Origin: Antedon mediterranea
Lineage: Eukaryota > Animalia > Echinodermata
Assembly: GCF_964355755.1 (NCBI RefSeq)
Contig: NC_092680.1
Span: 4,526,001 to 4,590,000, forward strand
Reading direction: 5' to 3'
DNA length: 64,000 nucleotides
Each line of letters begins with the position of its first letter. Position 1 is the stretch's first letter. Positions 1-14,700 of the stretch are shown piece by piece. The translations under genes were made by a program, and so were the position numbers. Under the pieces are notes generated by a model. It worked only from the letters and a program-made list of their open reading frames with translations. It was not told where the DNA came from and searched no databases.

Positions 1-59
1 TTTGGGTGCATCACACTTTTTTTGTCAAACTAGATACCAAGTCAGAATTTTTACCAAAA

Positions 60-1955
60 TCTATGCTCACTTTTCTGCTAAATCTCTAGTTTGAAAAGAG
101 CACAGGAAAAATTAAAGTTTATTCCTAAAATGTTTTCCATTGATGTTTCCAGGACTCCATGACTGTATAGTTCAGGCCTGGAGATGATAATTTAAAGTCA
201 ATGTTCACATTACAGTAGTGCTCTTTTGTTTCACAGGAGCAACAATCTATAGTTCACTTTTGCTGCTAGTATCAATAATCATGTTTGAAAAGGACACTTC
301 TGGAAAAAGGAAGTTTATTCAAATGTTTTCCATTGATGTTTCCAGGACACCCTGACTGTATAGTTCAGGCCTGGAGATGATAATTTAAAGTCAATGTTCA
401 CATTACAGTAGTGCTCTTTTGTTTCACAGGAGCAACAATCTATAGTTCACTTTTGCTGCTAGTATCAATAATCATGTTAGAAAAGGACACTTCTGGAAAA
501 AGGAAGTTTATTCAAATGTTTTCCATTGATGTTTCCAGGACACCCTGACTGTATAGTTCAGGCCTGGAGATGATAATTTAAAGTCAATGTTCACATTACA
601 GTAGTGCTCTTTTGTTTCACAGGAGCAACAATCTATAGTTCACTTTTGCTGCTAGTATCAATAATCATGTTTGAAAAGGACACTTCTGGAAAAAGGAAGT
701 TTATTCAAATGTTTTCCATTGATGTTTCCAGGACACCCTGACTGTATAGTTCAGGCCTGGAGATGATAATTTAAAGTCAATGTTCACATTACAGTAGTGC
801 TCTTTTGTTTCACAGGAGCAACAATCTATAGTTCACTTTTGCTGCTAGTATCAATAATCATGTTAGAAAAGGACACTTCTGGAAAAAGGAAGTTTATTCA
901 AATGTTTTCCATTGATGTTTCCAGGACACCCTGACTGTATAGTTCAGGCCTGGAGATGATAATTTAAAGTCAATGTTCACATTACAGTAGTGCTCTTTTG
1001 TTTCACAGGAGCAACAATCTATAGTTCACTTTTGCTGCTAGTATCAATAATCATGTTTGAAAAGGACACTTCTGGAAAAAGGAAGTTTATTCAAATGTTT
1101 TCCATTGATGTTTCCAGGACACCCTGACTGTATAGTTCAGGCCTGGAGATGATAATTTAAAGTCAATGTTCACATTACAGTAGTGCTCTTTTGTTTCACA
1201 GGAGCAACAATCTATAGTTCACTTTTGCTGCTAGTATCAATAATCATGTTAGAAAAGGACACTTCTGGAAAAAGGAAGTTTATTCAAATGTTTTCCATTG
1301 ATGTTTCCAGGACATCCTGACTGTATAGTTCAGGCCTGGAGATGATAATTTAAAGTCAATGTTCACATTACAGTAGTGCTCTTTTGTTTCACAGGAGCAA
1401 CAATCTATAGTTCACTTTTGCTGCTAGTATCAATAATCATGTTAGAAAAGGACACTTCTGGAAAAAGGAAGTTTATTCAAATGTTTTCCATTGATGTTTC
1501 CAGGACATCCTGACTGTATAGTTCAGGCCTGGAGATGATAATTTAAAGTCAATGTTCACATTACAGTAGTGCTCTTTTTTTTCACAGGAGCAACAATCTA
1601 TAGTTCACTTTTGCTGCTAGTATCAATAATCATGTTAGAAAAGGACACTTCTGGAAAAAGGAAGTTTATTCAAATGTTTTCCATTGATGTTTCCAGGACA
1701 CCCTGACTGTATAGTTCAGGCCTGGAGATGATAATTTAAAGTCAATGTTCACATTACAGTTAGTGTTCATTTGTTGCACTCAAATGGAGCAACAATCTGT
1801 AGATCTATAGATCACTTTTGCTGCTAGTATCATGTTTGAAAATGACACTTCAGGAAAAAGGAGGTTCATTCAAACCTTTGCCATTGATGTTTCCAAGACA
1901 TTATAGTTATCACCAGGCCTGGAGACGACCGTAATTTAAAGTCAACATTCACAAA
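60..1955. repeat. 193-bp tandem repeat (satellite/minisatellite), ~8 near-identical copies plus degenerate flanking copies
   Basis: Motif TGTTTTCCATTGATGTTTCCAGGA recurs at 131, 324, 517, 710, 903, 1096, 1289, 1482 and 1675 (period 193), with a degenerate copy near 1870. Confidence 0.97.
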
Positions 1956-2219
1956 GACAAGACACAGAAAAAGATCATTATGTTTTAGGTCTAATGATCA
2001 TTTGTGCATGAATGCCTTTGACTATATAATACAATAGGGAAATGATGGTGATCAGAATGCGTTCAGTTATAATTATCAGAATGCGTTCACTTACAATGAT
2101 CAATAATTCTATGTATTTTTAAATTATGGAAACTAACGATACCATGTGGGATTCGTTAGTATGACCTGCAATCAACATCATTTGTGCTGCTACAGCATTT
2201 GAGGTTTTTGCTTTCTTTA

Positions 2220-2364
2220 AGCTCTGTCTACACTATCAAACTAGTTAGATAAAAAAAGTGGGATATGCTTAAATATTGTAGATATATGAAATCATCATAT
2301 CCATATATTGACGATCACATTTTTTTGTAGCATACCTGTAATGTTTGATAGTGTAGACAGACCT
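2220..2364. mobile_element. PIF/Harbinger-type MITE (family A)
   Basis: TIR AGCTCTGTCTACACTATCAAAC...GTTTGATAGTGTAGACAG. About 14 full or partial copies in the window (1-32, 2220, 5993, 7802, 11770, 18432, 25560, 31431, 31767, 33173, 35094, 35549, 45356, 63005), usually flanked by TAA/TTA. Superfamily inferred from the TWA flanks and the GTCTACACT TIR core. Confidence 0.8.
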
Positions 2365-5300
2365 TCAGTTTTGCTTATCCGTTTTGATATCAGGGATATG
2401 TACCAAAACAAAATCAAAATATAAAATTAAAGATCCTAGAAGAATTATACCTTCTTTCCACTTTCAAAAATTACTTTCCAAAATCAATATGTTTCTTTTT
2501 AAGTAAACCATTTTAACCAACCATGACCAAAAAGTTGGATCAAAATGGAATGCTCGAAAGTAAAAAAAAAAAAATTTCAATCTTTCACAAATGAATAATT
2601 TTCCTTTATCAATGATAAAGTAAAATATATAAAATATTGAGAGATATAATGTTCAATTTACTATGGAAATTTGTGTGTATGTCACCATATATCTCCTATA
2701 AAATATTTGTTTAAAAACCTGTACTGTATTCTCTTATTATTTAAAAAAAATGTACATAAATTGTTGATATGAATTGAAGTCATAATTTGAACTATTGTAT
2801 ATTATTAATCAAATTTAGAAAGGAGAAACTCAACTAAATGATAATTTTCAACTAAAGAAAGTGGAATTTTATATTATTATACATTTTAATTAAGTCTTAG
2901 TTAAGTCGAAGATGCTCTCCAGGTGGAATGTCATCCTGAGATGAGTAGTAGTAATTATAGTCTTGTTTATTTTATTTTCATTTATACCTGTATGTAATTT
3001 TTTACTTTCTATGGACCAGAGTTTCCGAAATAAAAGATTGAATGAATGAATGAAATACCCAAGACATTGAAATTGTGTGTATAATACACCTCGTTACGCT
3101 GGCGTCGATTTAAATTTGATGGTAATTGTATTTATACACCGATCAATAAATCTCTAATGTTCTCCCATTTTCTAAAAAAAAGAACAATACTCATCATCAA
3201 TAATGTTTGCAATATAATACTAAATTAACATCACTATAGATTATCATGTACAATTATTAGGAACAGCAAATGTACTGTAGAATGTATCTTGGATTATTAT
3301 TGATCTATTATGTTATAATCAAGTTTTAGTCATAAGATTTAAATTATGCTGAAAAAAGACTGCATTGCCATTCTTGTATTGTTTGTACACAGAATACGTA
3401 CTGTATACTGTATCTCCTTCAGATCCCTTTGCACTCTCCAATACACACAGTTTACCAGTCTCCAGTCCCCTTTTCATAATTACCAAATTTATATATTTTT
3501 TTATTACTGACTCATTGAGTTTTACTGTAGTCTGTAGGTCGCTTTTTTTCTTCATGTTTTTCATGTTTTTTTTATTGTCAAATAAATGAAATGAAAATGA
3601 TCATAATTTTGATGATACTCTTGAAAAAATAGTCTCCATTTTTTTTAAAGCAGATTTTTGCATTTGAAGTTATTTGAAAAAAAAGGTACAATAACGCAAA
3701 ATACATAATTTATTTTTGTGTGCACATTTTTATTTTCTGAGCCAATTTAATATTACTTCTAATGATAATGCATTATGTGAATGAGTACTGTACTAACTAC
3801 TGTAAACATTCAACAAACTTCATTACAAAAGGCGTAAATTGTTTAATGTAATGTTGTCGTAACCATGACAACTTGTACATAATTTATCATGTTTCTATTA
3901 AGAAGATTATGCTCATTTGTCACCATAGACAAGTCATTTATCATGCATGAAAGAGTTTATCCAAAAATGGTCTTAACTTTAATTTATTTTATCCTAGTCT
4001 ATATAAAAAAAAATATAATTATATTATGCTGACTTACTTAAAGCTCAGGTACAGGCATGAGTTTTAAATATAATATCTGGTTGGTTGTCAAATATTGTTA
4101 ACAGAAATCGCAATAAAAAAACATGAATTTTCCTTAAAATGGCCAAATACAACATTTTTCAAAATTAGGCTATAAAAGCCAGGCAGACTTTTTAGTAGTT
4201 TTCCAATGTAATAACTTATATGGTGACTCCCTAGTGAAAGTGAAAAAAGGGATATAAAAAGTCCACTGAATGAAAGAAAAAGGTTCTAAACCCTGAAAAA
4301 AGGTTTGCTATGTATTACTTATATACTTAAATTCCCATATTTTTCCTTCTTCAGGAGTTCAGAAGAATTCATGACGCATTTAAATGAGTTTGACAAGTTT
4401 TTAACAGATTGTACACGTTTAAAGCTCATCAAAAAAACAATCTACGGAAAGTTGCATTGCACATTCTAGCAAAACCAGCGGCGTCTGGAGATTTTATTAA
4501 TATTTGGGAGATTTGATGAAATTTTAGGAAGCCCCCGGGAAAACGAAAGGATTGTAATGTCTGTATAACTTAATCTGTTGTGCACAATAATATAGTACCC
4601 TATCTGGAATAGCAGTGGGTTGCCAATCTAGTCTTTTTTTTTCAAATCCTGACTATCATTTACAGTATTTCACAGTACTACTGTACATTTGTTTTGCTTG
4701 ACCAAAACAGTCGATTTAGGAAGAAGCATGACGTTTATAGTTCAAAACATGTAAATTGCAATTCATTCTGTTTATGTTAATTATTATTTATTAATTGGTC
4801 AAGTACTGTATTTATGAATTTGCTTGCGAAACTGAAGTGAATTTATGTTTTTAATCAGCATTCTGTTACTGCTAATCTTCAATGGTATAGTTGTTCATTT
4901 ACAAATTGTTTTATGTGTTAATAGTTTTCTCATGAGTATTCAGAAAGTGTTTTAACACCTTCATGTCGCCAAGACATTTTTCGTAAAGTAAATTTCTTTT
5001 AACGTACGTTTAACGCCTTTCACTGTCATCTCCTCCCTCCATGATGTTTATAGTTCCAACAGAATAGTACTGCATTCACATTTCAAAATCAAAATAGTTC
5101 AACTGAAAGGTTTTCTTCTTTTTATGTATTTATTATAGCTAATCTTGTTTTTGACCATTTGTTGTGTAGACAGGGGTTAATGTATGATTTTCTTGCAATA
5201 TTACTGTACTCTCCAATACCAGACCCCAAAACTTTCTCTTTTTTTTTACCAGTTAAAAAACATTCCTTAAACAATCTTAAGAAGCATACAACTGATCTTT

Positions 5301-5992
5301 TTTATTTTCCTTTTTTTAAGATGTTTTTTCTTTCTTTCAATGATACTCTAAAATTCTATCTTATTTATTATGTAATACATAAGGGACAGTCAGTGATTAT
5401 GTATTGTGTCACTGTCTATAATCTCAGTTTTTAAGAAGGTTTTTTTTGTTTAGTAATTAATTTTATAGAATACTGGAAATCAAACCCAAAACCTGTCTAG
5501 TATTGCGAAGGTTAAATTACTGTGTTTAGAGAAAGCTATCTTTTGAATCAGAAAGTCACTGACAGGAATGGATAATATATATATTTCAATTTTGTAAATA
5601 AACCATTTTTTTTTTAGAATATAATATATATTTTGTATTGTTGAAGACATACAGAATGTGACATTCATTCCAAGATCTAATACTACAAGTAGATACTTTA
5701 AAATATTGTAAAATCCTTGAATTATTAAATATTGCCTCTTTTTCGTACATTATTTTCACTTGTGATACATCTTAAGCATACTTTTTATGCGTCTTAATTC
5801 GTTATCCATGCGTTATCGTTAAGCCCCTGTATAGTGCACAATCAGATCTCCTTTTCAAGTGAAGCACTTGCCGCATGTTGAGTTGTGGACACATGATGAG
5901 CTCTTATACAAGGTCTTTGCTGGTTAATTTTAACAGTTCACAGGCAAAGAATATGCACACTTGTTTGAATCGAGGATTTCATACTTTTCTTT

Positions 5993-6178
5993 ACTCTGTC
6001 TGCACTATCAAACTTTATGTGACAAAAAAATGTGATGTGCCCATATATGGACATGATGATGTCATATCACTACCCTATTTGGGCATATCACTAGCACATC
6101 ACACTTTTTTTGTCAAACTAGTTTTAATAAATAAATAAATAAAATAAATAAATAAAGTTTGATAGTGTAGACCGAGCT
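5993..6178. mobile_element. Harbinger-type MITE family A copy
   Basis: ACTCTGTCTGCACTATCAAAC ... GTTTGATAGTGTAGACCGAGCT|TAA, with an internal (AAAT)n expansion. Confidence 0.8.
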
Positions 6179-7329
6179 TAAGGATTCCTTTAATTTGACC
6201 GTTCATTTTCAACTCTCCCACCTATTTTGAAAGTTCAAATTAATTAAATTGCATCTGGTAGCTAGCACAATAACTTTTGTCAAGTCTTGTTTCCAAATGA
6301 TAAAACCTGGCCTTAAATGTAAGTGAAGATAGGGAAGTCAATAGGATGATACTGTCCAATACATTTAGATTGTCTCTACCCTGTGAATGGATTATACCGC
6401 AGTTCAATATCATAGTATCAATAGGTGGAGATGGCTGACTGTTATTGGCTTGCCAGCTTTAAGGCCAATATACACATACAAGCAGTAATAGTAAGCAGAT
6501 AACCGTGTAGCAATTGTCCCATGATTCAAAATCAGAACAACGATTTCATGTGAATTAATAAAATGTTGACGACATCCATTGAAGTTAGGTTTACAGTTTT
6601 TGGCCGAAAACATTTAGAATATAGTAAATTCTTGAATGCTGTATATTCTATGGCATATTGGGCAATTCAATGTTAGTGACTGTTGCTACTGTGCTGGTAA
6701 CTAATCTCATTTCAGCCAACCCCAATTCAAGAGGCACCCCTATTAAAGGGACACGGTGTTGTGTCCAAATGTGTCCCCGAATTTCCATGTCCCTTTCATA
6801 TGTGTTGTTTATTGATGATTTGGATGAATAATGATTGTATTTGAACTGAAAGTGAAGGCATGCATTTGCTATGCTAATCATAAGTTGAGAAGCCACAGTG
6901 TAGAATGAGTGTATTTTGACTGATAAATCAAACAAAATTGCCTAAAAAATTATATTCATTCATTTAATGTTAATCTTATGACTAAGACATGACCTAAGTC
7001 TTCATCATCACCACTATGTTTGTATTATTTTCACATAAATTTCACGCATGAATAAACATTTAATGAAAGTATACTATACTGTCGTATTCATATGATTATT
7101 ACTCAAAAAAATTAATAATATGAAATCTGCTATGAAACACAGCTGCATGCAGTAATCGTTATATTTATAGTTTAAAGAATATTGTAACAAGAATGTCAAT
7201 CTACTTGAATTTATAATGTTATTACATAAATTATAAAAATAGAAATGTGTTTGACCAAGTTTATTGCGCCATAAATGATCACCTCCATTCTATTGTGATC
7301 GAGACTGAGAATGTATAGTGAGATACTGA

Positions 7330-7508
7330 AGCTTGGTTCCCACTAGAACGTAACGCAAGGAGGTAAACGCAACGCAAGCGTTTTAACCAATGACAAGCGA
7401 AGTTATAGACAGTTAGAAATCACAAGCGAATAAGCCATCGTTTGTGATTGGTCAATTCACTTGCGTTGCGTTACGTCCTTGCGTTGTGTCGCTAGTGGGA
7501 ACCACGCT
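7330..7508. mobile_element. MITE family B (TIR AGCTTGGTTCCCACTAG), Harbinger-like
   Basis: AGCTTGGTTCCCACTAGAACGTAACGCAAGGA ... TCCTTGCGTTGTGTCGCTAGTGGGAACCACGCT|TTA. Degenerate relatives at ~17347-17495 and ~29940-30215. Confidence 0.75.
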
Positions 7509-7801
7509 TTATAGATGTTGTCGGTTCTAATGTATGTCCAAAACAGTCCATTTGTAAAACTTTTGTAAGGTGTTAATTACAACTCTTCCCTGGTATAATC
7601 CCATGCATGAGTATAATCCCACCTCCAAATTTAGGTTAAATTTGGACACAAGTCTTTGGTAAAATACATTGTTATAATGTAATTCAAGTATTGTACTTTT
7701 CACAAAGTTGCATAACAAAAGCTGGTAATAGTTTCTAATTTAGTGTATGCTGGCAATGTATTTAGGTATTGTGACTGAAGTGACTTGCTCTCAAAGCCTA
7801 A

Positions 7802-7915
7802 AGCTCTGTCTACACTATCAAACTTTATGTGACAAAAAAATGTGATGTGCCCATATGGACATGATGATGTCATATCACTACCATATTTGGGCATATATCA
7901 CTACCATATTTGAGC
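7802..7915. mobile_element. Harbinger-type MITE family A, truncated copy
   Basis: Left TIR and internal sequence present; right TIR absent. Confidence 0.75.
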
Positions 7916-8784
7916 AAAGGATTTAACATTACCAGTGAGCGATAAATACTACATTTTACAATATCTTTTTTTTTTTCTGTTTAGAAAATTGATATAAAAA
8001 CAGCAAATTGTCTTGAGACATTTTTCTCAAAATACAAGTAAACACCAACAATTTCAATGACAAAACACTTGATTAGTCGACATCATGCAAGTAATTATTC
8101 ATCTCCATAGTAACGAAACTACATCCTAAAGAGAAAGGATGCATTATAATCAATGTAATAATCAGTCATTAATAAAAAGGAAATAGTCAGATCCTCCGCT
8201 TATAAATATCTAAGAGTATTGTGTACAAGAAACAAGGGAATCTCTTATTAAAATCTCATCATTTGACTGACATTGCATTTGACGCCTTGCATTTGTACAG
8301 TTTTAATCTTTAGATTTATATAGCTCCATGTCTCAGCATTTTTACCAAATGACTTTTAATATGTATCAAGGTACAGTAGGCCTAAAATTTATCAGTTAAG
8401 TGTTTTGTAAATTATATATTTTTATATTATTTTGACAGTTGTAGAATTTAAGGTATTCGAACAGTATTTTTTGAAGTGTACTACTTGAGCTTCTAACATT
8501 TTTTCATGGACCCAAAAGTATTTCTGTCCAATGGTTAGATTAACATTGAATTATGACTGAGGATCTTATGTTAGATTGTATCATTTGGCATTTACCATAG
8601 AGCTGTTAATAGAAACATTCTGTAGCATACCTTATACAGTGTAACAACATCAGTATACCTCTACAACATGCAGACAACTTTGCGATGTCGTGCTCCAACT
8701 ATAATTGTCACGTTTCATTTTCCCATAGGATCAATCCATCGGAATAATAGCACGGAAGGTAGCAGTTCATACTCCTCGGATACC

Positions 8785-11700
8785 ATGAATAGCCGGAAAA
8801 GCAGTGGACCTAAGCATATTCTAACTGAGATGAGTAAGTATACTAGATTGCTTGGAATATTAATTAAATAAATGGAAAATTGATGAAATGCAAAGGACGC
8901 ATTACATATTTTACATAATTCATGGTCATATAGTCATTGAGTTTGTTGATTTGGATTAGAATTTCATAATTACTTTCATAAAAATAGATATAATATTTCT
9001 TTGATATTATAACAATCATCTTTATTCTCTTTGTTCTATTTATATGATAAATTTAGGATTTATTTACACCAAACGTTTTACTATTGTTGAAAGGAATGTT
9101 TATCGTATCTGCCTTTGCAAGTTTTTCATTGAGTCGTTTAAAACATTTCCATTCTTGCTTGGTGAAAAGTTTCTTTAAAATTTATATTTAAATATCAAAA
9201 TATCATCTGTCCTATTCAATTATTATCACTTTATCATACTGTACTTAATCCATCTTTATCATTACACATCATTATCATCAATCAATTTGGAATCGGACTT
9301 TTCATCGACCTTTCCAAGGCTTTCGACACCATTGATCATAATATTCTTCTTTTTAAATTGTCTCACTATGGAATCCGAGGACCCGCCTTAAACGTTTTCA
9401 AAAGCTATCTCACTAACCGCTCCCAATGTACTAAATATTTTAACTCTATTTCTAATTTTTGCCCTATCACCTGTGGCGTTCCCCAGGGCTCCTTACTTGG
9501 CCCGCTTCTGTTCACCTTTTACATTAATGATATCCACCGAACCTCAAACCTGCTAAATTTTTTTTCTATATGCTGATGACACTACAGTTTTTCATGCCAA
9601 CAAAAATATCCAAACTCTTTTTGACACCTTTAATACCAACGTTATCCCCTTGTCCCAGTACTTTATTGCCAACAAACTCTCCCTCAATCATAATAAATGT
9701 AGTTACATCCTATTCGGAACCCCGCAGTTGACTAGAGGTATTGATGTGTCCCCATTTAAAGTCGTTATTGATAATCAAGAAATCCCCTCTGTTAAGTATA
9801 ATAAATTTCTTGGCATTATCATCGACAACTCTCTCTCATGGAAACCCCATATCCAAGAAATTGAGAACAAAGTGTCTAAGAACCTTGGGATCATTTCTAG
9901 GCTTTCTTCCTTCCTCCCAACTAATATTCTCAGGACCCTTTATTGCACACTCATCCTTCCTTATTTGAGCTATGGTAACATTGTCTGGGCCAACACTTAC
10001 CCTTCAAACATCATTAAACTCTCTATCCTACAAAAAAAAGCTATCAGGACTATATCTGGCGCTCATCCACTGTCACATTCCTCCCACTTATTCTCCAAAC
10101 TCAATCTTCTCAAACTTTCGGACATTAACCTATCCCAGCAAGGTGTCTTTGTTTTTTTGGCCACTCACTCACTTCTCCCTTGCCATCTAAACGACCTTTT
10201 CGCTCCTAATAATACCGTTCATAAATATTATACTAGAACAAGAAATAACATATATATCCCTAACCATAACACCAATTATTTTCAACATAGCATTAGATAT
10301 TCTGGACCTCTATTGTTTAACAATTTACCCCCCTCAATTTCCTGTGCTGCCAACCGCTATTCATTTAATAATAACATAAAAAATTACCTTTTGTCTCATT
10401 ACTGATCGATATGATTGATATGGTCGTTTTTTCCATGTTCCGTGACTTGCTATCTTTATTATTCAATTGTCATCATATTCGCTATATGCCATGCAGCTGT
10501 ACTTTTTTCTGTTCTTTTTTTATTTTTTATTCCAACTTTTATCTACTGGTTTTATATATATTTTGTATTTCTTTATTGTCTAATTAATTTATTTTCTTTA
10601 TTTATATATATTTTTTTTTTTTTTCCTTCTCTTATTTAAATATTTTGTAAAGGCAATCCCGTCACAAGATTGTAATCTTTTTGGGATTTGCCTTCGTCCA
10701 TTTTCTTGTTTTATCACTTGCCATTTTGTTTTTGTTACTTTTGTCTTTTGGACGTGAATAAATGTTCCTTGAATTGAATTGAATTGAAAATCATCATTGC
10801 TAGAGCCATTTCAACCCAATGGAGGGCAGACCTCTCCAAGTTGACTCAATAAACTGTCTATTTTGTGCTGTTCTAATCCAATTGCAGTGATGTAGCCACA
10901 TAAAATAAATGGTATGGTTTTCGCAAGATAATGGAACAATCTCTGTTCAAGGCACTGGGTATCAAAGTCCTGAGAAAAAGTGGTTGAAACCTTACCAACC
11001 GTACTTGTGGCTTCGACCTTGAACTGGGTGGGAACATTCATCGTGCCATCTTACTATAAGTATTTGTTATTGGTGCCATCTTTATTGGTGTCTTTACACC
11101 GTTTCTTGGTATCCATTCAGTTTGACAGCTTTTGTCCATCTGTCTGTCGTGCTACAGAAGACCATTTCTTTAATTTAATAACTTTCAAATGACAGGAATT
11201 TATTTATTATCTCACAATCCATAGTATACCGTTCTTTGTTCTTTATTATTACAGTATATCAGAGTACATCGTTAAATTGAGTTGCAGTAGTTACTCGCTA
11301 CTTTCTTCCATCATTGTCTATTTTTATTGATTTATCATAAATATTTATCGGCTTCTATCCTCAAGGCAGATTGACGTTTTTCTTCGTGTTCTACATTAGC
11401 ATTCTTAAAATTTACTGCAGGTTTATTTTTTAATATAGTAATAGTATACACGATATTTTTAATACATAATTAGAAATTTGCCTATAAATTTGTATTTAAA
11501 GTTTATAAACTGTAGAAATTAGAACTGAAATTACAATTGATAACATTGTACTGGCAGGCCTTGTTCTTTGAGGTGTACTGTATAATATGCGACAACACGT
11601 CTTCGCACACGTAAAATAGCCTTGAGGTGTGCCATTTACAGCCAACTTTAGATTTGGTAATTTTCTTCTTCTACACTATAAGATACAAACAGCACACCTA

Positions 11701-14700
11701 AATATGTTGACGAGTTCGTAGCACACCTGGAATTTCTGGAATACTGAATACTCGCTATTATTTTTAGCCATGTATGGACATGATGATGTCATATCACTAC
11801 CATATTTAACCATATCACTACCATATTTGGGTACATAACACTTTTTTGTCACATAACGTTTGATAGTGTAGACAGAGGTCCATTACAGTATTTTTTTCCA
11901 TTATGAAAATAAACATGACTACACATTTAAGAACCAAATTTTACTGATATTATTTGTCGTTTGTTGATTTTCTTGCTTTCAATTTATTTCTTCTTGTTAG
12001 CATCAATAAATTTGGTCAATTGTATTTTGTATATGTAATTATAGAATTTAAATTAGTCTTTATTTCAAAGCTGTTTATATTCTGTAAAGATAGATAATTT
12101 GAGTTTTCATTAAAGTTGAAGGATTTCCATACATTGTGATGTCTGGTAATGAGTCTTCTGTCTATTCTGTAATGAGGCTTTAATGGCTGCAATTGCATTC
12201 CAAATATTGATTGTAACTTTTCTTTGAATTAGTGATTCGTTGGTCAGTTGGCTTGTCTAGTGTGCAAATATTTCATAATATTTATACATTCAATTTATAA
12301 ACCACCAAGTGATATACTTGGAATTGATTTATAAATAATAAGATAAGAAAATCTGTAATATAAATGAGAAAAAATCGAACCTGAAGTCTTCAGTTTAATG
12401 TGCAGACATCCTATCATTGGACCACTGGGCTTTCATGGTTTGGTGAAAACATTATAAAACGTTATTATGGAACATATTCATCAATAAAGTAAAGTAAAGT
12501 TGACTTACCATGTGTCTAGACTAATACCATCTGGAAGAGTTTTTCTGGTAATTAAAAAAATGTTCTAACCTTTTATGTAGGTTTTATTTTTTACAGTTTC
12601 CATTTGAAGACTTTGTAGCATTAAATGTGTTTTTTTATAATGAAATAAACATTCTTTTTTATTTTGTTTTAAAGGAAATCAAGATTTTGATGCCATAAAG
12701 TTTGCCACATACCGGACGGCATGCAAATTGAGGTTTATTCAGAAACAGTGCAATTGTAAGTAAACTGAATGTACAATGTAACCGTATAAACTTGAGTTGA
12801 TTTGGGAATAACGGATACCTTCCTTATTAAAACAAAATCAAAGAGGTTCTTGAAATAAATCCATACTTGGACATACATAACTGTACAGTACAGTAAAACC
12901 ATATTAAAAATATTCAAAATATATTACCTACACAACAAAATGTCCCCTGAATATGGTGTTCCCTGAATAGAAGTGTCCTGAAGAAGGGTTTTAGTGTACA
13001 TTAATAAAAGTTACATGTTTTTCTTTTCTTGTTTTCAGTAAATGTAGTTGACCTTTGGAATATTATAGAATCATTTAGGGAGAATGGTTTAAACAAGATG
13101 TCTATCTCTGAAGACTTAAGTCGTAGCAGTTTGGAGAATGTGATTTCCAGTATCTACTATCAATTAAACAAAAGACTACCAACAACACATTCGATCGACG
13201 TTGATAGCTCTATCAGAATGTTAACTAGCTTTTTAATGGCTGCCTATGATAAGTTAGTCAATATAGTAACAAAACAAAAGAGTGATTGTTTTAACATGTT
13301 CACTGCCAGAGTTACAACATTTCTTCTGGTTCTGTCTCTTACGCGAAGGAAATAGAAAGAGAGAGCCATGACACTTCGTTTCCACAGCAAAAATACAGTT
13401 CCTACTATCCCCAAACACAGCACTATCAATGTTTACACTATTCCTATTGGGTCATGTTAACAGCATTTTTGCAGAGTTACATTACAAGATAAAGTTGAGT
13501 CTGGCTCATGCGAATGAACGAGTATATTCGTCACTGGCAGTTAACATGTTACAGCAAGGGTAAAATTATTCAATAGAAACCAGCACACATCGTAATAGGA
13601 TAGAATATTACACATATTGGTATACCCTTTAGGTTCAGACTGCCTACAAACAAACAATTGAGTTAAAGCTCTTTCTCAAATGCAGAGTGAGAGTCAGTTC
13701 AGCTTAACTTTATTTAACCACAAAGACCCAGATCATCTCATGGCTGCTTCCATGAAAATATAGAGTGTTGCATTAGTGAATAAACAGTGGAACCAAGTGA
13801 GGACTTGCTGCCATTTGTCCGTAGAAGGCCTAATCCGCATTTTCTCAGCTTCCAACTAAGCTTGAAGATAATAATTATACTACAGTACCTTATACTTTTA
13901 AATATTTCTGTATTGCATAATCTATTAACATGACTACAAAACTAGTTCTGAGTTCGTCACAAATGGCAAAATCTTATTAAAAGCAATACAAGTAAATTAT
14001 TTGACTTTCATTTTTGTTTTCTCACAGAGATGGTTCTGGAAAGATTCCAGTTTTTGCAGTGAAAGTGTTACTCAGCACGGTGGCCGCTGGCAAGCTTGCA
14101 GACAAACTCAGGTGTAAGTAATGATGGTTTAAAGATATCAACTCCTTTGTGTTGGAAGTCAAACAAAATTAAACAATGTTCCAATGCAAAAAAAGCTGTA
14201 TTTATCAAACTAGTTATTTTTATAGGAAGTGTATATTTCCTTTTAGTGGAACTAAACTAGTGTTGCATTCTAACTAATGCAACACTGTAAATTGCTCCCC
14301 AAAATATGAAAAATAAATATGAATAAAATCAACATTTGAATAATACATGCCATTTTGCAGTTTGAATTAAAAGTTATTCACTTTTACTATAAAACAAAAA
14401 CATTGTAACAATTATTTGTTCAGTAAAGTAATATATCTTTAATACCATTGTCTTCTATTGTTTTTATATTATTTTCAGATATTTTTAAGCAGATCTCTGA
14501 CCCATCTGGGATGTTAGTTCACTCCAAGTTTGATGACTATATTAGGTATCTATTAGCTATACCAACAGCTATCTTTGAGGGACCATCATTTGGCTACAAT
14601 GACAGCATATCAAAGGCAATATGTAATGGACCTGTAAGTTTTGTTTAATATAAATAATTGTTTTAAACTTCTTTACATTTTAGTTACTGTGTTATTCACA

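Noticed and set aside
131-1760. CRISPR array
   Set aside because: Units are full-length identical tandem copies with no unique spacers; eukaryotic context and no cas genes.
3000-3056. AATAAA plus (GAAT)n tail suggesting another LINE 3' end
   Set aside because: No recognisable coding remnant upstream; too short to call.
4330-4470. Exon-like segment after a strong acceptor (FMTHLNEFDKFLTDC)
   Set aside because: The frame closes, there is no donor, and I recognise no homology; possibly transposon debris.
5875-6138. Short ORFs sharing [10 protein letters not shown] (also 7700-7894, 33186-33371, the end of 35305-35658, 62908-63236)
   Set aside because: Incidental translations of MITE family A, not a peptide family.
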